Source: Gemmatimonadales bacterium | Lineage (GTDB): Bacteria > Gemmatimonadota > Gemmatimonadetes > Gemmatimonadales > GWC2-71-9 | Direction of reading: 5' to 3' | NCBI GenBank assembly: GCA_035688885.1 | Contig: DASSMN010000074.1 | Span: forward strand, 1 to 29,693 | Length of the DNA stretch: 29,693 nucleotides | Part shown: positions 9,627 through 17,564 of the stretch, piece after piece | Layout: every line of letters begins with the position of its first letter | Position numbering within the stretch: the stretch's first letter is position 1 | Translations under genes and position numbers: made by a program | Notes under the pieces: generated by a model | Seen by the model: the letters and a program-made list of their open reading frames with translations, nothing else | Database searches by the model: none | Told to the model about the DNA's origin: nothing

Positions 9627-10105
9627 CACTTCTTCGGCTGGGTTGGAGCCGCGGGGGCTCCGGTGGGTGCGGTGCCGGAAGGCTTGGCGCCGGCGCCCGG
9701 CGCCGTAGACGGCTTGGGCTCGGGTGCGGCCTTGCCCGACGGGGCCGGGGTGGCGCCCGGGGCAGCGGGCGCGGCCGCCCCGGGAGCCGGGGCGCCGCCG
9801 ATCGGCAGCGAGCTGCTCGGGGCCGGTGCGGTCGGCGTCGCGGCGCGGAGCCGCTGCTGGAGATCGCTGGTGTCGGCGCCGCCACGAGGCACCAGCGACA
9901 GGGCAAGCGCGAGCACCAGGAAGATGCCGCCGCACCACCAGGTGGCCTTGGTGAGCAGGGTGACGGCCTGGCGCCCACCGAGCACCGTGTCGGTGGTGGC
10001 GCCGCCAAGCGAGGCCAGCCCCCCGCCCTGGCCGGCCTGGAGCAGGACGACCACCGACAGCAGGAGCGCGTCGAGAATGAGCAGCGTGAGCAGGAATGCG
10101 AACAT
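9626..10105 (-). CDS. secG: Preprotein translocase subunit SecG with a long Pro/Ala-rich tail
   Basis: VVLLQAGQGGGLASLGG, LTKATWW, two TM helices; SD AGGAGAGG 5 nt before the ATG at 10105; 159 aa. Confidence 0.88.
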   Translation of the reverse strand: MFAFLLTLLILDALLLSVVVLLQAGQGGGLASLGGATTDTVLGGRQAVTLLTKATWWCGGIFLVLALALSLVPRGGADTSDLQQRLRAATPTAPAPSSSLPIGGAPAPGAAAPAAPGATPAPSGKAAPEPKPSTAPGAGAKPSGTAPTGAPAAPTQPKK

Positions 10106-10130
10106 GAAATCCTCTCCTGAGCAGCCGGGA

Positions 10131-10159
10131 AGTTTAGCCGGCAGCGCAGGTTGGGTCAA
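10131..10159 (-). promoter_or_regulatory. Sigma70-like promoter for secG-carA
   Basis: TTGACC (10159-10154), 17-nt spacer, TAAACT (10136-10131), in the PP2C-secG gap. Confidence 0.75.
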
Positions 10160-10165
10160 CGTGCC

Positions 10166-11053
10166 TCAGTGATCCGCGCGCGGTCGGAGCGTGCGGCCCA
10201 CCAGGATGGTGATGTTGTCCGTGCCGCCCCCATCCAGCGCATCCTGCAGCAAGTCCTCGCACACCTGGCGTGCGGAGGTCATCGTCTGGAGCCGTTCGCG
10301 TATCCGCTCGTCCGACACGTGGGTCGTGAGCCCGTCCGAGCACAGCAGCCCCACGTTGCCCCACTGCTGCTCGAGCCGAGTCACGATGGGCGCGGTCTGC
10401 CGCCCGCCGATCGCACTCGAGAGCGTGTGGGCCCAGCGGGTGCGGCTCGCCTCTGCCCGAGCCAGCACCCCGGCATCGATCAGCTCCTGGGCCATGGTCT
10501 GGTCGCGGGAGAGCTGGGTAAGCTCCCCGTCCCGGAGCAGGTAGCAGCGACTGTCACCGACCTGCAGCAGGTAGGCTCTCGGCCAGACGCCGATCCACAG
10601 GGTGAGCGTGGTGGCCATGCCCGCGAGGGCCGGCTCCGCGTCGCCCATGGCCAGGATATCGGCGTGGGACTGCATGGCCGCATCCTGCAGGGCGGCCAGG
10701 AAGGTATCGTCTCCCGCGGCGCCCGCGGCGTAGTAGCACTGCACGCTCTGGGACACGTAGCGCGTCACCACCTCGACCGCCAGCCGGCTGGCCGTCTCAC
10801 CGCCGGCCCCGCCTCCCACGCCGTCGGCCACCATGGCCAGAAAGGCGAGTCGATCGCCAGGCCCGGTGAGCTGGTCGATAGTGGGGAGGCTGGTCAGGTG
10901 GACCAGCATCTGTTTCCGGAGCGAGCAGATCAGGAAGTGATCCTGATTGGTCTTCCGGACCTTGCCCATGTGCGTCAGGCCGTAGACATCGACTTCATCG
11001 TCCGCAGGCTTCCGGACCGGCGGGGCCGCGGTCGCAGCGACGGTGTGGGTCAT
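10166..11053 (-). CDS. PP2C/PPM-family protein Ser/Thr phosphatase
   Basis: [41 protein letters not shown]; ATG at 11053 after GAGGAAGT. Confidence 0.92.
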   Translation of the reverse strand: MTHTVAATAAPPVRKPADDEVDVYGLTHMGKVRKTNQDHFLICSLRKQMLVHLTSLPTIDQLTGPGDRLAFLAMVADGVGGGAGGETASRLAVEVVTRYVSQSVQCYYAAGAAGDDTFLAALQDAAMQSHADILAMGDAEPALAGMATTLTLWIGVWPRAYLLQVGDSRCYLLRDGELTQLSRDQTMAQELIDAGVLARAEASRTRWAHTLSSAIGGRQTAPIVTRLEQQWGNVGLLCSDGLTTHVSDERIRERLQTMTSARQVCEDLLQDALDGGGTDNITILVGRTLRPRADH

Positions 11054-11187
11054 ACTTCCTCGCGGCATCGGTGAGAGTGGCTACGCCAAGATGCGACGGC
11101 AGCCCCGCGCGCGCCAGCACGGTTGTTGATCCTCCGGGCCTCGCCCATGTTTCGCGCGACGCGACCCCATCCGGTCCTGGAGCCCTC

Positions 11188-12828
11188 ATGCCTCACCCCC
11201 TCGCCGGCCGGCCGGCGCCGACCAGCCTGTTGATCGACGTCGCCGCACTCGAGCAGCGGTACTACGCCGGCCGCCCGGACCCCGCCAATGCCGCGCAGCG
11301 AGTGAGCTTCGGCACCAGCGGTCACCGCGGCACGCCGCTGGATGGAAGCTTTACCGAGGCGCACATCCTGGCCATCAGCCAGGCCATCGCGGAGTACCGC
11401 CAGGAGCGCGGGATCACCGGACCGCTCTATCTGGGGAAGGATACCCACGCCGTGTCGCGCCCGGCCGAGCGGACCGCGCTCGAGGTTCTGGCTGCCAACG
11501 GAGTGTCGGTTGTGCTGCAGGCCGCCGATGGGTACACCCCCACGCCGGCCATCTCCCGGGCGATTCTGGCGTACAACGCCGGTCGGACGTCCGGGCTGGC
11601 CGATGGGATCGTGATCACGCCCTCGCATAACCCACCGGCCGATGGCGGGTTCAAGTACAACCCGCCGGACGGCGGGCCGGCGGACACCGATGTCACCAGC
11701 CGGATCCAGGACCGCGCCAACGCGCTCCTGGCTGGCGGGAATGCCGGAGTTCGGCGCGTGGCGGTCGAGCGCGCGCGGACGGCTTCGACCACTCAGGCCG
11801 TCGATCTGGTCGAGCCGTACGTCGCCGCGCTGGCCCAGGCGATCGACCTGACCGCGATTCGTGGGGCGGGAATCCGCATCGGCGTGGACCCGCTGGGTGG
11901 CGCGTCGCTCGGCTATTGGCCCCGCATCGCCGAGCGATACGGCCTCGACCTGGTAGTCGTGAATCCGGCGCTCGACCCGACCTTCGCATTCATGACGGTC
12001 GATCACGACGGCAAGATCCGCATGGATTGCTCGAGCCCATGGGCGATGGCCGGGCTGGTTGGCCTCAAGGATCGGTATCAGGTGGCGTGGGGCAACGATC
12101 CCGACGCGGATCGTCACGGCATCGTCACGCCCTCCGCAGGACTGCTCAATCCGAATCACTACCTCGCCGTGGCCATTCATTATCTGCTGCAGCATCGGCC
12201 ACGGTGGCCGGCATCGGCCGCGGTCGGCAAGACGCTGGTGTCGAGCGCGCTGATCGATCGCGTGGTGGCCGATCGCGACCGCCGGTTGCTGGAAGTGCCG
12301 GTGGGATTCAAGTGGTTCGCGCCGGGGCTGTACGACGGAAGCTGCTGCTTCGGCGGGGAGGAGAGCGCGGGTGCAAGCTTCCTGCGGCGCGATGGCGGCG
12401 TGTGGACGACCGATAAGGACGGGCTCCTGCTCGGCCTGCTGGCTGCCGAGATCACCGCGGTGACCGGCAAGGATCCCGGCCGGCACTATGCCGAGCTCAC
12501 GGCCCGACTCGGCGCGCCGGTGTACACCCGGATCGACACGCCCTGTTCTCCGGCGGAAAAGGCCGGGTTCAAGCGGCTCACGCCCGACTCCGTGGCGGCC
12601 ACCGCGCTCGCCGGTGATCCGATCACCGCCAAGCTGACCCGCGCGCCCGGGAACGATGCGCCGATCGGCGGACTCAAGGTCACGACGGCGCAGGGCTGGT
12701 TTGCGGCGCGGCCCAGCGGAACCGAAAACGTGTACAAGCTGTACGCGGAGAGCTTTCGGGACGAATCGCACCTGGCGCGCATCGTCGAAGAGGCGAAGGC
12801 AATTCTCGGCCGGGTGCTCGCGGCGTAG
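11188..12828 (+). CDS. pgm: Phosphoglucomutase (alpha-D-glucose-1,6-bisphosphate-dependent, E. coli Pgm type)
   Basis: [16 protein letters not shown] (phospho-Ser), DPDADR, GEESAG, RPSGTE. ATG at 11188 after GGAG gives 546 aa. Only + strand gene. Confidence 0.96.
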   Translation: MPHPLAGRPAPTSLLIDVAALEQRYYAGRPDPANAAQRVSFGTSGHRGTPLDGSFTEAHILAISQAIAEYRQERGITGPLYLGKDTHAVSRPAERTALEVLAANGVSVVLQAADGYTPTPAISRAILAYNAGRTSGLADGIVITPSHNPPADGGFKYNPPDGGPADTDVTSRIQDRANALLAGGNAGVRRVAVERARTASTTQAVDLVEPYVAALAQAIDLTAIRGAGIRIGVDPLGGASLGYWPRIAERYGLDLVVVNPALDPTFAFMTVDHDGKIRMDCSSPWAMAGLVGLKDRYQVAWGNDPDADRHGIVTPSAGLLNPNHYLAVAIHYLLQHRPRWPASAAVGKTLVSSALIDRVVADRDRRLLEVPVGFKWFAPGLYDGSCCFGGEESAGASFLRRDGGVWTTDKDGLLLGLLAAEITAVTGKDPGRHYAELTARLGAPVYTRIDTPCSPAEKAGFKRLTPDSVAATALAGDPITAKLTRAPGNDAPIGGLKVTTAQGWFAARPSGTENVYKLYAESFRDESHLARIVEEAKAILGRVLAA

Positions 12829-12861
12829 GGCCGCTCCGCCGGGCGGCGCCTGGCGAGATCG

Positions 12862-14229
12862 TCAGCTGGTCGCGACGGCCTCGGGCGCCACGACCGCCGG
12901 CCGGTCCGCCAGCTGCCGGTCGGCAGCGGTCACCAGCCACACGGCGGCCGCCACGAAGGCGAACCCCGCCCCGCCCGCCACCGCCACTGACCAGCCGAAC
13001 CGATCGACCACCACCGGCACGAGCAGCGCGACGATGCCGTTCGACAGGTTGCCGCCCGTGTTCATGACCCCGCAGCCCGAGGATGCCTGCCGGCCCGCGA
13101 CCGCGATCATCGCCGCCCAGTAGATGGCATCGGTGAACTGCTCCGCGGCCAGGCATACCGCGAGGAGCGCCACCGCCCAACCCGGTCCAACGGCGCGGGC
13201 AGCGGCCACGAGGAACAGCCCGGAGACCGTCAGGGCTCCGGCGCCCAGGAGGCGGCAGGCCTGGCGCGGGCCCAGGCGCTTCCACAATCGGTCACACGAC
13301 CATCCTCCCAGAAAGGCGCCCAGAGCGCCCGCCATCCAGGGCAACGCCGCGTACCATCCGCCTTCCAGCAGCTTGAACCCGCGCGCTTCGATCAGGTAGA
13401 TGAACAGCCAGTTGAAGAAGAAGTAGAACACGAAGTTGGCGCAGAAATACCCGCCGGTGATCAGCCGTACCTGGCGATCGCGCAGCACCAGACGCCAGCC
13501 GCCAGGCTCGGGTGGCGCGTCGATCGAGGTGATGCGCCCGTCGTCGATCAGGGCCAGCTCGGCCGGGTTCACGCCCGGGTGGTGCGAAGGGTGATCCCGG
13601 ACGTACCACCACCAGCAGCCGGCCAGCAGGAGCGCCAGCGGCGCGGTCAGCAGAAATGAGTTCCGCCATCCGCTGGTCTCCGCCAGCCCCGCGACGAGCG
13701 GGCCGGTGGCCGCCGCGCCGAAGGTGATGCCGACGTTCTGGAGTGCGTTGGGGAGCGCCCACCCACCCACGGGAAACCAGCAGGCCAACATTCGCCCGCC
13801 GATGACCGGAAACAGCGGTGCCTGGGCCGCACCCATGAGGAAGCGCAGCAGCACCAGGATGACGATGACGCCCGTGATCGGGAGGACGGCGCGGCCCGGC
13901 ACGAACGCGACCAGCAGGTTGAGCACACCCCAGCACAGCGCCAGCGTGGTGATCATGCGGCGGCCGCCGAGCCGGTCTCCCAGCACGCCGCCGGGGAACT
14001 GCAACAGCGCGTAGCCCCAGGCCCAGCCCGACAGGACCACACCGAGCTGCACGTGGGACAGCTGCAGGTCGGCGGCCATCGGCTCGCCGGCGACGGACAT
14101 GTTGGTGCGGAGGATGTAGGCGACAAAGCTCGCCGCGACCATCAAGGCGCAGATGCGCCATCGCACCCAGGTCGCAAGTTGTCGGGACCCTGCCGGAACC
14201 GGCATGCGGACGTCCGCCTGGGGACGCAT
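12862..14229 (-). CDS. MFS transporter, anion:cation symporter (ACS/SLC17-like) family
   Basis: About 12 hydrophobic segments; RW...AYILRTNMSVA, GVLGDRLGGR, RFLMGAAQAPLFP, CWFP, WWWYVRDHP, NTGGN. ATG at 14229 overlaps the Fpg/Nei stop (TGATG). Confidence 0.9.
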   Translation of the reverse strand: MRPQADVRMPVPAGSRQLATWVRWRICALMVAASFVAYILRTNMSVAGEPMAADLQLSHVQLGVVLSGWAWGYALLQFPGGVLGDRLGGRRMITTLALCWGVLNLLVAFVPGRAVLPITGVIVILVLLRFLMGAAQAPLFPVIGGRMLACWFPVGGWALPNALQNVGITFGAAATGPLVAGLAETSGWRNSFLLTAPLALLLAGCWWWYVRDHPSHHPGVNPAELALIDDGRITSIDAPPEPGGWRLVLRDRQVRLITGGYFCANFVFYFFFNWLFIYLIEARGFKLLEGGWYAALPWMAGALGAFLGGWSCDRLWKRLGPRQACRLLGAGALTVSGLFLVAAARAVGPGWAVALLAVCLAAEQFTDAIYWAAMIAVAGRQASSGCGVMNTGGNLSNGIVALLVPVVVDRFGWSVAVAGGAGFAFVAAAVWLVTAADRQLADRPAVVAPEAVATS

Positions 14230-15113
14230 CACTCCACCTCGTCGATCGAGCGAGGCCAGTCCTCGCGAAGGAGCCGCGACATGGCCCGGTCGGCGAGGAG
14301 CCGGCCACCGGTCTGGCACCGCGCGCAGTAGTTGGTCTCATTGTCGGCGTAGCGGATGCGCTGGACCGGGGTGCCGCAGACCGGACAGGGTTCGCCGAAG
14401 CGGCCGTGCACCGCCATGCCCTCGCGGAAGGCGGTCACCTTGTCGGGGAACCCGTCCCCTGCCTCGGCTCGGACGCGCTCGATCCACTCGAGCAGCGTCG
14501 TACGGGTGGCCTCGAACAGCGTCTCCACCGCCGCATCATCGAGCCTCCGGGTGAGCGCGAGTGGCGAGAGCCGTGCCCGGTGCAGGATCTCGTCCGAGTA
14601 GGCGTTGCCGATTCCGCTGAACAGGCGGGGGTCGGTCAGCGCACGCTTGAGCGTATGGTTCTCGCTCCGGAGCCGTTCGGCGAAGCTCGGCGCCTCCGCC
14701 TCGAGCACTTCGAGACCGCCCCGCTTGAACGGTTCGAGCGCGGCTTCACCTTCGACCAGGTGAATCGCCGCCCGCCGTTTGCTGCCGGCCTCGGTGAGCA
14801 CCAGCGTCCCGACCGGGAAGCGAGCCAGGGCCAACGTGATCCTGCCCGGGGGCGTGGCGTCGGCGCTGAGCCAGCGCAGCCGGCCCGCGATCATCAGATG
14901 GATGACGACGAACCGCTCACCTTCGAGCGCCAGCACGATCCGCTTGCCCAGGCGGCGGAGGCCCGTGACGCGGGCACCCGCAATCGCCGCCGGCGACGGC
15001 GCCACGCTGCGGAGGACGAATGGATTGCGGATGACGAGCGCCTCGAGCGGCTGGTCGAGGATTCTGGGAGCCAGACAGTCGAGGTAGACGGTGATGTCGG
15101 GAAGCTCGGGCAC
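14229..15113 (-). CDS. Fpg/Nei-family DNA glycosylase/AP lyase, divergent (non-MutM) subtype
   Basis: GTG start at 15113 gives MPELPD; RLGK; H2TH motif LTDPRLFSGIGNAYSDEIL; zinc finger CPVC...CARC. Confidence 0.88.
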   Translation of the reverse strand: MPELPDITVYLDCLAPRILDQPLEALVIRNPFVLRSVAPSPAAIAGARVTGLRRLGKRIVLALEGERFVVIHLMIAGRLRWLSADATPPGRITLALARFPVGTLVLTEAGSKRRAAIHLVEGEAALEPFKRGGLEVLEAEAPSFAERLRSENHTLKRALTDPRLFSGIGNAYSDEILHRARLSPLALTRRLDDAAVETLFEATRTTLLEWIERVRAEAGDGFPDKVTAFREGMAVHGRFGEPCPVCGTPVQRIRYADNETNYCARCQTGGRLLADRAMSRLLREDWPRSIDEVE

Positions 15114-15117
15114 GTCT

Positions 15118-16404
15118 TCACCCGGCCTTGCTGGCGCGCCACTTCCCTCCCACGTACGTCCCGGCGATCGCCCGGTTGCCCGCGCCGAACACGAGCGCGG
15201 CCAGCAGCCGCTCGCGCGGGAGATCGGCCAGGGCCGGCGCGCCAAGATCCACGGCCACGAAGTCGGCCCAGCAGCCGGCGGCGATCCGGCCGGCGGGCAG
15301 GCCGAGAGAGCGCGCGCCGCCCGTCGTTGCGGCGGCGAGCAGCGTCGGCGCCACGTCGCCGGCCGCATCCGGCAGCGCGCCGCGCAGCTCGCCCCGGAGC
15401 CGCTGACCGTACTCGAGCCACCGGAGCTCTTCCAGCATCGCGAGCCGGTTGTTGCTGTCGGTGCCGATGGCCAGACGACCCCCGGCGGCATGGGCCCGAT
15501 CCAGGCGCGGAATCCCGTCGCCCAGATTGCCCTCGGTGAGCGGACACAGGCACGCGATCCCGTCCCCTCCCAGGAACCGAGCCATATCGGCGTCCGCGGT
15601 ATGGGTGCAATGGACCGCGGTGAACGCCCCACCCTCCACCGCGTCGAGGATGACCGCCATCGGTGGCCGGCCATACGCGGCGACCGACTCCTCGATCTCG
15701 CGCCGCTGCTCCTCGACGTGCAGGTGCACCGGAAGGTTGCGGCGCCTGGCCTCCGTGTAGAGCAGCCTGATATCGTCGGGGCTCGCCGCGCGGATGCTGT
15801 GCGGCGCGACGCCCAGGGATTGGGTCCCGGGGTCCAGGCATCCCGCCAGCCGATCGAGCTGCCGCCAGTACTGGTCTACCGACGGCGTCGCGAACCGGCG
15901 TTGCCCGCCCTCGAGCGGCCGTCCCGGGGCGCCGGTGGCGTAGTAGCAATAGAGCAGGACCATCCGGATGCCGGCGTCGTTCGCGGCCTCGAGGATGGCC
16001 TCGTCGAGCGCGAAGTCACCCGCACGCTCGTGGTGAACGTAGTGGAACTCACCGACGGTGGTGATTCCCGCGTCGCGCATCTCGGCGAAGGCCTGCGCGG
16101 AGATCCGTCTCAGGCCGGCCCGATCGAGCGACTCGACCAGCGCGTACATCGCCTGGCGCCAGGTCCAGAAGCTCCCGGCGCCCGACGGAAAGTCCTCGCC
16201 GGAGCCGCGCAGCGCACGCTGGAAGGCGTGCGAGTGCGCGTCCACGAAGCCCGGCAACAAGGCCACTCCGGCCAGCCGCTCGGCGCCGGGACGCCCGAGG
16301 CGCCCGACCACCTCGATCCGCCCCTCGGCGCCGATCGCGATCTGGATGCCGGCCTCGAAGGCGGTGCCGGTCCAGGTGAGGTCGGCCTCGAGCAGCCGGC
16401 TCAT
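15118..16404 (-). CDS. hutF: Formimidoylglutamate deiminase (amidohydrolase family)
   Basis: PGFVDAHSHAFQRALRG, FWTWRQAMY, EFHYVH, GVAPHSIRA, HLHVEEQ, VHCTH, CLCPLTEGNLGDG, IGTDS. ATG at 16404 overlaps the upstream stop (ATGA). Confidence 0.92.
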   Translation of the reverse strand: MSRLLEADLTWTGTAFEAGIQIAIGAEGRIEVVGRLGRPGAERLAGVALLPGFVDAHSHAFQRALRGSGEDFPSGAGSFWTWRQAMYALVESLDRAGLRRISAQAFAEMRDAGITTVGEFHYVHHERAGDFALDEAILEAANDAGIRMVLLYCYYATGAPGRPLEGGQRRFATPSVDQYWRQLDRLAGCLDPGTQSLGVAPHSIRAASPDDIRLLYTEARRRNLPVHLHVEEQRREIEESVAAYGRPPMAVILDAVEGGAFTAVHCTHTADADMARFLGGDGIACLCPLTEGNLGDGIPRLDRAHAAGGRLAIGTDSNNRLAMLEELRWLEYGQRLRGELRGALPDAAGDVAPTLLAAATTGGARSLGLPAGRIAAGCWADFVAVDLGAPALADLPRERLLAALVFGAGNRAIAGTYVGGKWRASKAG

Positions 16405-17564
16405 CTCGCGATGCAGCGGCGGTGCACCAGCGCCTCGAGCACCTCGCCGGCGCGGTCCAGCTCCGCGATCGGCATGTACTCGTTGGCCCGGTGCGCCACC
16501 TTGATGCTGGCGGGCCCGAACAGCACGCACTCGAAGCCCGCGCCCTGCAGCCAGCCGGCATCGGTGGCGAACATGACGCTCTCCTCCCCCGACTGGTGCA
16601 CGGCTGCACACAGCTCGCGGTGAATCGGGGCGTCGGCCGGCGTGCTGATGGGTGGGCTCAGGCTCACGATCTCCAGCTGGAACGGTTCGTCGCCCGTCAC
16701 CTGGGCGACCGCGTCCCGCACCCGGTCCGCCATGTACTCGGCCGTCATCCCGGGCAGCAGCCGGATGCCGAGGTCGACCTCGCAGCGGTCGGGGACGATG
16801 TTGGCAGCGCTGCCGCCGGCGATGGTTCCGACGTTGAGCGCGGCGAACGGGACCTCGGGGAACTGCACGCTGCTCGGCGCGCGCTCCCCTTCCATTTGCC
16901 GGCGCAGCGCCGACAGCGCCACGATGGCCCGGGCCGCGGGCTCGATCGCGTTGTGTCCCAGATGGGGGAACCCCGAGTGCGCGGCCCGGCCGGCGAACCG
17001 CAGCCGAAGTCGAAGCATGCCCTTGTGGGCCCGCACCACGCGCAGCTCGGTCGGCTCACCGATCACGACCTCCCGAGGCAACCGCTCCGGTGCGGGCCAG
17101 GTCTCCGTAAAGTGACGGGCGCCGAGGGTGCCGATCTCCTCGTCGTAGGTGAACAGCAGCACCACGGGCCGCCGGAGCGACGCCGGATCGAGCGCCGCCA
17201 GGCGGTTGGCGGCTAGGGCCAGGAAACCCTTCATGTCGGCGGCACCCCGTCCGACCAGACGGTCATCCACGGCCGTAAGGCGAAAGGGATCCGACTGCCA
17301 GTCGGGCTCGAGCGCGGGCACCACATCCATGTGACCCGACAGCACGACCCCGCTCCGGTCCTCCCGCTCGGGTCCGGCTGAGATGATCAGATTGGTCTTC
17401 CGGCCATCGGCCGCGGCGTTGCGCTCGATGCGCACGCCGGGCCGGTCGAGGTAGTCGGCGAGAAAATCCGCGAGCGGAAGATTGCTGGCGTGGCTGGTGG
17501 TATCGAACGCGACGAGCGCGGCGAGTAGCGCGCGGTCGTCAAGCCGGGCTTGCTGAGCGCTCAG
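16401..17564 (-). CDS. ArgE-like M20A metallo-deacylase (acetylornithine deacetylase family), probable CTG start, 387 aa
   Basis: LVAFDTTS..SN, LSGHMDVVP, GRGAADMKG, TYDEEIG, VIGEPT, AHKG, AHSG, GPASIKVAHRANE. No ATG/GTG/TTG between the kinase stop and the conserved N-terminus. argE symbol withheld because the substrate is uncertain. Confidence 0.88.
   Translation of the reverse strand: MSAQQARLDDRALLAALVAFDTTSHASNLPLADFLADYLDRPGVRIERNAAADGRKTNLIISAGPEREDRSGVVLSGHMDVVPALEPDWQSDPFRLTAVDDRLVGRGAADMKGFLALAANRLAALDPASLRRPVVLLFTYDEEIGTLGARHFTETWPAPERLPREVVIGEPTELRVVRAHKGMLRLRLRFAGRAAHSGFPHLGHNAIEPAARAIVALSALRRQMEGERAPSSVQFPEVPFAALNVGTIAGGSAANIVPDRCEVDLGIRLLPGMTAEYMADRVRDAVAQVTGDEPFQLEIVSLSPPISTPADAPIHRELCAAVHQSGEESVMFATDAGWLQGAGFECVLFGPASIKVAHRANEYMPIAELDRAGEVLEALVHRRCIAR

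Noticed and set aside
11123-11151. TTGTTG-17-CATGTT as a pgm promoter
   Set aside because: Both boxes are weak (3/6 at -35, C at -12); not distinguishable from chance.
11050-12771. 573-aa - strand ORF opposite pgm, and other long antisense ORFs (e.g. 15091..16623, 21495..22718)
   Set aside because: They mirror real genes and show no family signatures.
12830-12847. Hairpin between convergent pgm and MFS genes as a terminator
   Set aside because: 7-bp stem with a G-U pair and no U tract on either strand; too weak to call.
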